Below, one piece after another: positions 25,883 through 37,541 of a stretch of 64,000 nt of DNA. Every line of letters begins with the position of its first letter. The stretch's first letter is position 1. The DNA is from Dehalococcoidia bacterium (GTDB lineage: Bacteria; Chloroflexota; Dehalococcoidia; Lucifugimonadales; QGNO01), in the NCBI GenBank assembly GCA_965220545.1, contig CBDCQF010000010.1:24236-88235 (forward strand), in the 5' to 3' direction. The notes beneath the pieces are model-generated. The model was not told the origin of the DNA and did no database searches. It worked only from the letters and a program-made list of their open reading frames with translations. The translations under genes and the position numbers were made by a program.

Positions 25883-25947
25883 TTCCCGCTCATATGGTTC
25901 CCTTCGGCTGCGCTCAGGATAAACTCTATGCTCACCATGAGCGGGAA
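25883..25947. repeat. GC-rich palindromic repeat unit
   Basis: ttcccgctcatatggttcccttcggctgcgctcaggataaactctatgctcaccatgagcgggaa has complementary terminal arms ttcccgctcat/atgagcgggaa. It contains both module types seen at 4165-4345 and 8461-8497. Confidence 0.8.
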
Positions 25948-25993
25948 CCTGGGCCGTCTTCCTTAAACGTCTATAGCAAGACCCTGGTTGGTA

Positions 25994-26773
25994 CTACTTC
26001 ACGGCCCGCAGAACCACTACCGGCCAGCTGAAGTTGATGCCGTCGCCTTCTGGCTCTATGCCAAAAGCGTCCACAACGGCTTCAGAAGCCGATAGGAAGT
26101 CCTTTCTCAAGGGTTCTATCTTTTCCTCCGGGGTCGCCGAGCGCTTCACCCAGTCGTTGAACTCCAGGTGAACTCTGACCATCTGGAGGTGGGTTACCTC
26201 CAGGCCGATTTCTTGCAGCATGACCCGCCACTCCGACGGCTTCCTATCCCAAACGTGGGTTGTATCGCGCCTCAGCTCAACATCGTTCATCCACTCCGAG
26301 ATAGCGTCGTCTTCAGGGGCGGAAGTGTCGCTCAACAGGAATACCCCGCCGGGCTTGAGCACGCGCTCGATCTCCCGCAGCGCCAGGGGGAGGTCGTAGA
26401 AGTGGTGCGCCGCCTGCCGGCAGGTCACCATGTCCAGAGAAGCATCGGCAAAGGGCATGTGCTCCGCCTCGACAAAGGCAAGCTCCACGTTGGCCAGGCT
26501 TCGCTCGCCGGCCAACTGCCCGGCCTGTTGCAGCATTCCGGCCGCTATGTCGGTGGCGAGCACCCGTTCCACGTACGGAGCCACGGCAAACGCGGTGAAA
26601 CCGGCCCCCGTGGCTATGTCCACGGCAACGCCGCGGCCGCCCAGCGACGCGTACTCCTGTATTATGTCCAGTCCCTCGCTGTGGGCGTGCACGCCAGTGC
26701 TTACGGCGTAATGCTCCGCTTGCCTGCCGAACTGCTCAGCGGCGCCCTGCGACGATCTGTTCTCTTCAGTCAT
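25994..26773 (-). CDS. Class I SAM-dependent methyltransferase
   Basis: 259 aa. SAM motif I VAVDIATGAGFTA and motif post-I LATD. Methyltransf_11-like. Confidence 0.75.
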   Translation of the reverse strand: MTEENRSSQGAAEQFGRQAEHYAVSTGVHAHSEGLDIIQEYASLGGRGVAVDIATGAGFTAFAVAPYVERVLATDIAAGMLQQAGQLAGERSLANVELAFVEAEHMPFADASLDMVTCRQAAHHFYDLPLALREIERVLKPGGVFLLSDTSAPEDDAISEWMNDVELRRDTTHVWDRKPSEWRVMLQEIGLEVTHLQMVRVHLEFNDWVKRSATPEEKIEPLRKDFLSASEAVVDAFGIEPEGDGINFSWPVVVLRAVK

Positions 26774-26821
26774 AGTGCTCCCTATGCCAGTCAGCCAAGG
26801 CCACTGGCGGCATGTACGTCT

Positions 26822-27991
26822 CTACGGCGTGGGTGCAGGGCCTAGCACGCGGTAGCCGAGATTCTCCTCAGTCCGCTCGGCGGTGGGCAGCACCTCGACA
26901 ACGACGTTGGACAGGCCGACGACATCACCGTTTTCGTCGAAGCTGTAGTTGTCGCCAATGGCGCCGCTCCAAGTGATCTCTTTGAGGCACTCCCGGAAGC
27001 CGTCAGCATCCTGGTCGTCCCCGGTCTCCTTCAGGCACTCAGCGGCGATGTAGACATCGTCGTAGGCGGAACCCTGGAACCAAGGCAGTGTCGCGACGGC
27101 GCCGTAGCGTTCCCGGAAGTTAGCCAGGAACTCTTTGCCGGCGGTGGTGGTCAAATCCGGGTTGGGGACAATGGCCTTCAGACCGGTGGCGGAGTCGCCT
27201 GCAATGTTGAGAGCCTCAGGCCCCGTGGGCACGACCTCCGAGTAGATAGGGCCGTTGTAGCCCAACTCGCGGGCCTGCTTCATGATGGTCCCCCCAGCGG
27301 CCTCTCCTTGGACTGCCATGAGGATCGCCTCAGGATTCGCATTGACCAGCTTCGTCACTTGACTGCGGAAGTCGATAACGTCTGAGGAGAACCCCTCTTC
27401 CGCAACCACGGAGCCACCCAGTTCCTGGAACCGCGCCACGGACGTGCTGCGAGCGCCCTCCGCGTAGTCGGTGGACTCGGTGATGGTGGCTATGTTGCGG
27501 ATGCCGTCCGTCCATAGCGTGTTGCCGATGTCGATGCCCAGTTGGAGGTCGTTGATGGCGGTGCGGAAGATGTAGTCACCGGCGGAGGCGATGTCGGGAC
27601 TTGTGGCCGACGCCGAGAGCATGACGACGCCCTCTTGCTCAGCCAGCGGCGCGGCGCCAAGCGTCGAGCCGCTGCAGGTGGCGCCCAGGATGATCTTGAC
27701 GCCGTCCACGTCCGTCAGCTTGTTGTAGGCAATGATGGCGTCTTGGGCGGCGCACTTGGAGTCTTCAACGATGAGCTCCAGCATCCGACCGTCGATGCCG
27801 CCAGCCGCATTTATCTCCTCCACCGCAAGCAGTTTGGCTTGAAGCAACGGGTTGCCGTAGGACTCGGCGACCCCGGTGAGCGCGTCCATTGCGCCAATCA
27901 CGTAGGGCTCGTCCGAGTCCCCGCCGGTACAGCCCAGCGGGAGCAGCAACAGACCCAACAGCACAAATGATTTCCAAAATATAGATCGCAT
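26822..27991 (-). CDS. ABC-transporter substrate-binding lipoprotein (LivJ / Peripla_BP_6-like)
   Basis: 389 aa with lipobox LLLPLGC and a type-I periplasmic-binding-fold pattern (IGAMDALTG..., GVKIILGATCSG). No cognate permease or ATPase genes are adjacent. Confidence 0.7.
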   Translation of the reverse strand: MRSIFWKSFVLLGLLLLPLGCTGGDSDEPYVIGAMDALTGVAESYGNPLLQAKLLAVEEINAAGGIDGRMLELIVEDSKCAAQDAIIAYNKLTDVDGVKIILGATCSGSTLGAAPLAEQEGVVMLSASATSPDIASAGDYIFRTAINDLQLGIDIGNTLWTDGIRNIATITESTDYAEGARSTSVARFQELGGSVVAEEGFSSDVIDFRSQVTKLVNANPEAILMAVQGEAAGGTIMKQARELGYNGPIYSEVVPTGPEALNIAGDSATGLKAIVPNPDLTTTAGKEFLANFRERYGAVATLPWFQGSAYDDVYIAAECLKETGDDQDADGFRECLKEITWSGAIGDNYSFDENGDVVGLSNVVVEVLPTAERTEENLGYRVLGPAPTP

Positions 27992-28087
27992 AACCTTCCC
28001 CTCTTGGCCAGGTTGCTTAACATTACTACATTCAACTAGGCTGTTGCGATAGATGGATAGGAAAAGATTTGCCTTTGTCCGTCCTTG

Positions 28088-30337
<2,250 letters not shown>

Positions 30338-30534
30338 TCAACCGTTGAGAGGCTTTTTGAACTCCTTGCAGCCACTCGCCGGTGGGTTTGCATGGTAGCA
30401 GGTTGACCGACCCCGGACAATCTCACAGACCTTCATGGCAGGGATGCAACAGCACCGAAAAGTGCGGTACCGGCGGGCTGTTGGTTTGGATGCAGGCGGA
30501 TAGGTAGAGCGGGAGACATCCGCCTCCGTGCTCG

Positions 30535-31848
30535 TCATTGCTCTCTACCGCTGTTGATTCGATAGATGGTTACAATCAGTCTGCCGCCCATAACAAAGAA
30601 CATGTAAACAAAGACCCATATTGCGTGCCACAAGTACCCCACGTTTAGCCTGTCCAACGCCTCTTCTCGAGTAAAGGCCAACTGTGAGAAATCAATCTCC
30701 CAGGAACGCAACAGGTTGTGATCGGGTAGTACACTCGGCAAGTCCGGCAATGAGTAAATCAACAGGATTGCAGCCAGTCCCACGGTTGTCGCGAGCATCG
30801 CCGCTACCGACACTGTCGAGAGCAAGTACAGTCGATCGCGTTCGCTGGGATTGAATGCAGGGTCGCGCAAGACCAACAATGCGGTGAAGACAGCACCCGT
30901 CACCGGCAATAGAACCGCCAGTTGGATGGATACCGAAATGTTAGTAATGACAACTATAACAGTGTGTACAAAGAACACCGGTGGGAGTATAGCCCAGGCA
31001 GCCCGCCGGAGCGGGGAATTCCTCCAGGCATCGCCTGCGTGTTGCCGTTTCCATAGCAACTGAAACATTAGTCCTGCCGTAGATGCGACCACCAGGTTGA
31101 CGAGGAGGGCCAGCATGTAGGGCATTTGGGTGCCGGCAAAGTCTCCGATCCTATAGAAGTTGTAGTGGTCCATGCGTATGGGGGCGAACTGCAGCAAGGG
31201 CGTGGTCAAGAGAAAGAAAAGTGAGACCCAAAAGAACTCCCTGATGCCGGAGGCACGGTCCGGCAACAAGAATCCTTGCGCCAGCACGAGACCCGTTGCG
31301 AATGCGACGTACGCCGTAGGCATCCAATCGTTGTTCCAGCCGTACAACGACAACACATACCCACCAACTATGCATATCCCAAGCGGCAGGACCCTGAGAA
31401 ACCAGAAGCGGATTGCTATCGCGAGGAATGACGAATCTCTCAACCGCTCTGAAATACCGAAGGCAGATTTCCGGTCTGGAACTACTTGGTGGTCAGCGGC
31501 CTCGCCGTCGCCGCTATCGGTGACATAGCGCATCGCCGTTTGGAAGTCGACTGCAAGTCCGGCCAGCAATATAAGACCGGCTAACTCTACCCGTGACAAA
31601 TTGAGGGCTTTGCCGAATACCCTCAGCCGCTGCAGAGTGGGGCGGGTGGCTCCCGATTCCCATCGTGAGACCGTCGCGTGGCTGTAGCGCTCCGCGTAGT
31701 CACTATCCACCGACCCCATGCGTTCCAACAGGGCTTCCTGCGTCAGCCCTCTTCGTCCGTCACCCGCAGGAAAGGATTCGCGGTATGACCGCATCACGAA
31801 ACCCACCTGGACCGCTCTAGAATTCTGCACATCACGTCCAGTCATCAA
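30535..31848 (-). CDS. Membrane-embedded XRE-type helix-turn-helix protein
   Basis: 437 aa. N-terminal HTH (GLTQEALLERMG...HATVSRWESGATRPTLQRLRVFGKAL) followed by about 8 hydrophobic helices. The region is AT-richer. Confidence 0.55.
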   Translation of the reverse strand: MMTGRDVQNSRAVQVGFVMRSYRESFPAGDGRRGLTQEALLERMGSVDSDYAERYSHATVSRWESGATRPTLQRLRVFGKALNLSRVELAGLILLAGLAVDFQTAMRYVTDSGDGEAADHQVVPDRKSAFGISERLRDSSFLAIAIRFWFLRVLPLGICIVGGYVLSLYGWNNDWMPTAYVAFATGLVLAQGFLLPDRASGIREFFWVSLFFLLTTPLLQFAPIRMDHYNFYRIGDFAGTQMPYMLALLVNLVVASTAGLMFQLLWKRQHAGDAWRNSPLRRAAWAILPPVFFVHTVIVVITNISVSIQLAVLLPVTGAVFTALLVLRDPAFNPSERDRLYLLSTVSVAAMLATTVGLAAILLIYSLPDLPSVLPDHNLLRSWEIDFSQLAFTREEALDRLNVGYLWHAIWVFVYMFFVMGGRLIVTIYRINSGREQ

Positions 31849-32057
31849 TTAATTATGTACAAGTCATGTTTGCAGTGTCAAAAACATGCCCGTGTACAGA
31901 CTTGGGTGCGGAACGCGATAGATAGTAGTTGTTGGCCGTCACAGCGGGAAGGAGAGTGATTGGCAAAGAGCCCGAACGGAGTGGACTCGTCGGAATCATC
32001 AGCATTTTGAAGGACTCATCCGGAAGCTTGGAAGAACACACATAGGAGGAATGACAG

Positions 32058-32843
32058 ATGTCTTGTATGAAACTGCTCACTTTGAAATACCGCATAGGCA
32101 CGATACTCCTGATTCTCGCAATCTCAATCATGTTTGTGCTGTTTGCGCAGTCTCCGTCGCCGGCGCAGGGCCAGGCTAACATCGATAGTCCGGCAACTAT
32201 GGCTGAGTGCAATGAGGAGCTGGCCGCCGGACGTGCCGTGAGTTGCACAAGTAACTCTTTCTCGGTCAAGACCACCCTTGCCGACGGCGGATACCACATC
32301 AACTGGAGTGAATGGGCCGACCGGTACAGCAATGTCGACCGATACACCATCCAACGGCTCCGATTCCTGTACCGCTATAACTTCGAACGTGAGGACGACG
32401 GCAGCGCCGTTAACACAAGCGACTACACCATCCCCGACGTCAACAGCTGCTGGCCCTGGGCGGCGGAGAGAAACGACATGGGAGAAGCAACCAGGTGGGC
32501 TTGGGCGTGCACAGGCATCTCCAATGTCCGAGAAGACCCTTCAGGGGCGCCGACGTCTATAGAACTGTTGGAAAGCAACTGGACAGGCACCTCTTGGAGT
32601 GGCTCCCTGCTGGCGCCGGGACGCAAGCATGACGTCCCTGTGCAGGCGTTTAGAATCCCCGGAAGCAAGACCGAAGCACACGCGGACAACCCACAGAACG
32701 CGACGGACCGGCTGACCCAACAGCAGGTCAACGACGGCACCGATAATCTGCTTGCCAGCGAGGTTGAGATGCACCTCTATCTGATTGTCGTGCACTTTCA
32801 GGACGGAAGAAGGCAGTACCGCTACGACCTTATAAACGGCTGA
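32058..32843 (+). CDS. Secreted hypothetical protein (possible FN3-like core)
   Basis: 261 aa. Signal peptide IGTILLILAISIMFVLFAQSPSPAQG, several Cys pairs, and the pattern YHINWSEWADRYSNVDRYTIQRL. Confidence 0.45.
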   Translation: MSCMKLLTLKYRIGTILLILAISIMFVLFAQSPSPAQGQANIDSPATMAECNEELAAGRAVSCTSNSFSVKTTLADGGYHINWSEWADRYSNVDRYTIQRLRFLYRYNFEREDDGSAVNTSDYTIPDVNSCWPWAAERNDMGEATRWAWACTGISNVREDPSGAPTSIELLESNWTGTSWSGSLLAPGRKHDVPVQAFRIPGSKTEAHADNPQNATDRLTQQQVNDGTDNLLASEVEMHLYLIVVHFQDGRRQYRYDLING

Positions 32844-32950
32844 ACTACCGCTACGAGTGAGTAGGTATTGGCCGCCCTGCCCACCTCTGGTAAGGTTCCA
32901 TGAGACGGTGGCTATGTACATAGCATGGAGCTTAGGCCAGGGAGGGAGCT

Positions 32951-34750
32951 ATGAGGACTTTCACGACTCGACCGGTGATTATGGGTACGCGAGGAGTGGT
33001 AACCTCAGGACACTACCTCGCCACGGCTGCAGGCTTCCGTATCATGGACCAGGGCGGCAACGCCATCGACGCGGCGGCGGCCATGTGCTTCTGCCTGAAC
33101 ATAGTGGAGCCGGCCAGCTGCGGTATCGGCGGCGAAGTGCCCACGCTGATCTACTCGGCCCGTGAGGGCAAGACGTATGCCCTCAGCGGCATGGGATGGT
33201 CGCCAAAAGCGTTTACCATCGACTGGTGCCGTGACAACGGCATCGACCTAATCCCCGGAGACGGTTATCTGCCCGCTTGCGTGCCCGCTGTGGTAGACAC
33301 GTGGGCTGTCGCTCTAGCTAGATGGGGCACCATGTCGTTTGCCCAGGTGCTCCAACCCGCGATTGAGCTGGCCGAGGATGGATTTGTCCTCTACCCCAAC
33401 CTGCAGGCCAGGCTTGCCGAGTACGCCAATAGATTAGGTGAGCTTTACCCGACAACCGGTGAGATTTACTGGCCCTTTGGCAGTGCCCCTGAGCTGGGGA
33501 ATGTAATCCGCAACCAGGACTGGGCCAACGTGCTGAAGACAATGGTTCGTGCCGAAAAGGAGGCCCAGCACAAGGGCCGGACGAGTGGCCTAGAGGCAGC
33601 GCGTGACGCCTTCTACAAGGGAGAGATTGCGGAACGCATCGCCAAGTTCATCAGTGAGAACCCGGTGGAAGACGACAGCGGCAAGTCTCATAGGGGACTG
33701 CTGTCCTACGAGGATATGGCTGAGTGGCAGGCGCAAGTAGAGGAGCCGGTAACCTACAGCTTCCGAGGGCTTGACGTACACAAATGCCCTCCCTGGACGC
33801 AGGGGCCGGTCTTCCTTCAGACGCTGGCTATATTGAACGGGTTCGATCTCAAGGGCATGGGCCACAACTCCGCTGACTATCTGCATACCTGGATAGAGTC
33901 GGCAAAGCTGGCATTCGCCGACCGGGAAGCCTACTACGGCGACCCGCTGTTTGACGAAGTGCCGATGGACAAGCTTCTTTCGGAGAGATACGCCGCGGCA
34001 AGACAAGAGCTTGTCGGCGCTCAGGCCTCCACGGAACTTATTGCCGGAGACGTTGGCCGGGGAACTCTCCCCTACGATCTGCTGGACGTAGCGCTTGACA
34101 ACAGAAGAGCGCTTGGCCTGCCTGCGGTTGAAGCATCTCAGTCCGCACCGACCGATGGACACATAAACGACACAACGCACCTGGATGCGGTTGACCACGA
34201 AGGGAATATGGTGAGCGCCACGCCAAGCGGCGGGTGGCTGCGCTCGTCACCAGTGATCAAGGGGTTGGGGTTCCCTCTGGGCACCAGGGGGCAGATGTTC
34301 TATCTGAATCCGGAGCGGCCCAACGCACTGGCTCCACGCAAGCGGCCCAGGGCAACGCTGACCCCGTCCCTGGTAACCAAGGGAGGAGAACCGTTCATGG
34401 TGTTCGGCACGCCGGGCGGAGATGCCCAAGACCAGTGGACGCTGCAGTTCTTCATGAACTACGTGGAGTTTGGAATGAATCTACAAGAGGCGTTGGATGC
34501 ACCCACCGTGCACTCCAACCACTTCCCGTCTTCTTTCTATCCCAGGGCGGCGTACCCGGCAAAGGTCATCGCCGAAGGCCGCATCCCTCCGGAGGTTATC
34601 GCAGAGCTGGAAAGTCGGGGCCACCAGATAGAGGTCGCGGGGGACTGGACCAACGGAAGGGTGATGGCGATCCGGTTTGACAAAGAACGGGGCACAATCT
34701 CAGGAGCCGCGTCGCCTAAAGGGAACACTGCTTACGCCTTTGGCTGGTAG
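32951..34750 (+). CDS. ggt: Gamma-glutamyltransferase family protein
   Basis: 599 aa. GGNAIDAAAA near the N-terminus and the autoprocessing/nucleophile site DTTHLDAVDHEGNMVSAT, plus FGTPGG. Confidence 0.85.
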   Translation: MRTFTTRPVIMGTRGVVTSGHYLATAAGFRIMDQGGNAIDAAAAMCFCLNIVEPASCGIGGEVPTLIYSAREGKTYALSGMGWSPKAFTIDWCRDNGIDLIPGDGYLPACVPAVVDTWAVALARWGTMSFAQVLQPAIELAEDGFVLYPNLQARLAEYANRLGELYPTTGEIYWPFGSAPELGNVIRNQDWANVLKTMVRAEKEAQHKGRTSGLEAARDAFYKGEIAERIAKFISENPVEDDSGKSHRGLLSYEDMAEWQAQVEEPVTYSFRGLDVHKCPPWTQGPVFLQTLAILNGFDLKGMGHNSADYLHTWIESAKLAFADREAYYGDPLFDEVPMDKLLSERYAAARQELVGAQASTELIAGDVGRGTLPYDLLDVALDNRRALGLPAVEASQSAPTDGHINDTTHLDAVDHEGNMVSATPSGGWLRSSPVIKGLGFPLGTRGQMFYLNPERPNALAPRKRPRATLTPSLVTKGGEPFMVFGTPGGDAQDQWTLQFFMNYVEFGMNLQEALDAPTVHSNHFPSSFYPRAAYPAKVIAEGRIPPEVIAELESRGHQIEVAGDWTNGRVMAIRFDKERGTISGAASPKGNTAYAFGW

Positions 34751-35013
34751 TCCAGCCGCCGTCTCCCGTTAATCTAACGCGATTCAACAGCAGCCGACAT
34801 CTCTCTCGCCCAGATCGGCGCTTCCCGATTGTCTGCTTGTCAATTCTCCCTCTGCATTGGATTCGACTACACCAATCCCTATGGTGCCCTACGCCAATCT
34901 AAACGTGAAGTTAGAACAGATCAAAGGTGTTTCCCAGAATCAGTGAATAAGGATACACTCGGGTGGCATAATCCACGGCAGTGTTGCCCAATTGGGGGAG
35001 GTAGACTAACAAC

Positions 35014-36753
35014 TTGACTTCCGGCAGCGGTGACCAGTCCATCCGATTTGAGCCCAACGAGGCATGTCCCCCGTCGATCGCGTTGGTGGTCGGATTTCAG
35101 GGCGCCGCGCTCGTGCTCGCGCCGACGGCGCTGAACGTAGCGGTCGCGGTTCGCTCTTCCGGGCTCGATGATACCTATTTGGCCTGGAGCGTCTTCGCCG
35201 CACTGCTGATCAGCGCGGCGGTCACTGCGTTACAAGCGTTCCAGACCTGGCGGTTCGGCGCAGGCCACGTTGTACTAACCTCACCTGCGGCGCTGTTTAT
35301 CGGGATCATGGTGGCAACGGTCTCCGCGGCCGGGCCATCGACGTTCATGAGCCTGCTGGTCGTCTGCTGTGTAGTCCAAGTCGCGCTCGCATGGTGGCTG
35401 CCAACTCTGCGTCGAATCTTCACGCCGGTCGTTACGGGGACGGTGACCATGCTGATCGCTGTCAGCGTGCTGCCCATCGCGTTCGACAGCGTTCAGGACC
35501 TGCCCAGCGGGGCGCCACCGGTCTCCGGCCCGTTGATCGCCGGAACTACGCTGCTGGTCTCGGTGATCATGGCGCTGCGCGCCAGCGGACGCTGGCGTCT
35601 GGCTGGGCCGTTCATCAGTATCCTGGCCGGAAGCGTAGTCGCAGTTGCATTCGGTGTAATCGACGCTGACCTAATCGTTAGCGCCGCATGGTTCGGCATC
35701 CCCGAACTGCCCGCGTTGAGCTTCGATCTCACGTTCGGCAAGGAGTTCTGGGCGCTTCTGCCGTCGTTCGCGATTCTCACCCTGGTGCTCGGCATCAAGA
35801 CGATCAGCGACGGCATTGCGATCCAGCAGGGGTCCTGGCGAAGGCCGCGGGCGATCGATTTCCGCCAGATCCAGGGCATGGTGAGCGTCAACGGCATTGG
35901 CATGCTGCTCGCCGGCATCACGAGCACGCTGCCACCAATGTCCTATTCATCATTCAGCCTCTCGCTGATCAACCTCACCGGTGTCGCCGCCCGCCGAGTA
36001 GGCATCGGCGTGGCCATAGTCACGGTATTGCTGGCCTTCTTCTCGAAACTTGCCGCCCTGCTGCTGACGATTCCAGGACCAGTGCTAGGCGCTTACCTGA
36101 TGCTGGCCATGGGAATGCTCTTCGTCAGCGGGTGGCAGACTATCCTGCGGGATGGCCTCGATTCCAGACGTGTGCTAGTGGTCGCGCTTGCCAGCGCGTT
36201 GGGCTTGGGCCTCCACAATCATCCCATCATGAGCGATCTCCTTGGTGATGAACTGGGCGGACTGCTCGGTAATGGAGTCACCATAGGCGCTGTGATTGCC
36301 ATCGGCATGACGCTTCTGCTCGAAGCGTTCAACACGCGCCGCTCCCGCCTTGAGGTCACTCTGGAAATGGCCTCGCTGCCCGCGATAGATGAGTTTCTTG
36401 CCCGGCTGGCAAACAGACTGGCATGGAACGATAACTCCACTTTGCGGCTGCGCGCCGCCGGTGAAGAAACGCTAGCCAGCCTGCAAACGCAGGAGGAACG
36501 TGCTGATGGCTCAGAGCCTCCGCGCCTGATTGTCAACGCACGGCCCCAAGGGACGATGGTTGAGCTGGAGTTCTTCGCCACGACACGACAGGAGAACGTC
36601 GAGGACCAGCTGGCTTATCTGACCGACGAAGCCCCCATACCAACATTCGATGATCTTTCTCTCCGGCTGTTGCGACACCACGCCTCTGCCGTGCGCCACC
36701 AGAAGTTCCATGGCGTAGATATCGTCACGGTTCAGGTAGAGAGTGGCCCCTGA
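35014..36753 (+). CDS. NCS2 (xanthine/uracil permease)-type transporter with an unassigned 134-aa C-terminal soluble domain
   Basis: TTG start after gggggagg. The TM core resembles UraA-type NCS2 (PPSIALVVGFQGAALVL..., LRRIFTPVVTGTVTMLIAVSVLP). The C-terminal domain (36349..36753) is conserved with the paralogue at 43330..43737. Confidence 0.55.
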   Translation: MTSGSGDQSIRFEPNEACPPSIALVVGFQGAALVLAPTALNVAVAVRSSGLDDTYLAWSVFAALLISAAVTALQAFQTWRFGAGHVVLTSPAALFIGIMVATVSAAGPSTFMSLLVVCCVVQVALAWWLPTLRRIFTPVVTGTVTMLIAVSVLPIAFDSVQDLPSGAPPVSGPLIAGTTLLVSVIMALRASGRWRLAGPFISILAGSVVAVAFGVIDADLIVSAAWFGIPELPALSFDLTFGKEFWALLPSFAILTLVLGIKTISDGIAIQQGSWRRPRAIDFRQIQGMVSVNGIGMLLAGITSTLPPMSYSSFSLSLINLTGVAARRVGIGVAIVTVLLAFFSKLAALLLTIPGPVLGAYLMLAMGMLFVSGWQTILRDGLDSRRVLVVALASALGLGLHNHPIMSDLLGDELGGLLGNGVTIGAVIAIGMTLLLEAFNTRRSRLEVTLEMASLPAIDEFLARLANRLAWNDNSTLRLRAAGEETLASLQTQEERADGSEPPRLIVNARPQGTMVELEFFATTRQENVEDQLAYLTDEAPIPTFDDLSLRLLRHHASAVRHQKFHGVDIVTVQVESGP

Positions 36754-36755
36754 TT

Positions 36756-37296
36756 CTATGGGGAATCAACCATCTCAAGCAGTGTGAGGACGGTCCGCCA
36801 GTTCCTCATGGTGCTCGCGGTTCTCAATTGCGCCGCAAGGTATTCGTTCGTCAGTTTGCTGCGGGCAACGCCGTTGGGGTAGTGCAGATGGACGTTGCGT
36901 CCTTGCACCGCAAACGCGTCCGGCGGGGAGCGCTGCGGGTCGAGACGGGATACCGCTTCGGCGCTGGGCGTTTCCCCGAGAAACGCCACATGGAGAAATC
37001 GAGGATCCCCGGAAGTGTCAAATGGGTTTGAGTCCACGACATGCCGAAGCTCCTCGCTCGAACGAATGACTACTGCATTCTCGAAGCCAAACCGCCTCCG
37101 AATGGCCAGCGTCACGATCTCGGGCACCCTTTCAGTCAAGTTCCGTGCTGCCTCAAACACAACGTTCCCGCTCTGAATTTAGGTCTTCACTGCCGCGCAG
37201 CCGGCCTCAGTGAATATATCCCTCAGATCTGCCATCGGTAGCCTGTTCTTGCCGCCGACGTTTATGCCTCTGAGAAGAGCGACGTACCGCTCTCAC
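36756..37296 (-). pseudogene. DUF1697-family gene with an in-frame TAA and no usable start
   Basis: The reverse-strand frame reads (TGA)ERYVALLRGINVGGKNRLPMADLRDIFTEAGCAAVKT-TAA-IQSGNVVFEAARNL..., continuing into ORF 36756..37160. The TAA (37179-37181) sits where the family has Tyr (TYIQSGNV). The only upstream start (GTG 37294-37296) is in another frame. Confidence 0.7.
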
Positions 37297-37541
37297 GGAT
37301 CGTCACAGATGAGTCACTTCCTTGAACCATGCTCCCTCACTCCGTCGCCACAACTCCGACTTGCATTTCAACAGACCTAGGTAAGCTACCGTTTCACGGC
37401 CAACCCAAACCCCAACGTGAAGGTTCTTGATTTTGCCCAGTCATGGTGGGCCGAAGCATACCGTATCGGTATGGAGTTCTCGCGGGGACTGCCAAGCCGG
37501 CTGCCTCCGGTTACACTTCCCTGGGTCTAACCAGCCGCCGT

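Noticed and set aside
37457-37473. Perfect palindrome CATACCG-TAT-CGGTATG downstream of the hotdog operon.
   Set aside because: It is a short stem with no U-tract on either strand and no second copy in the window. It cannot be assigned as a terminator or operator.
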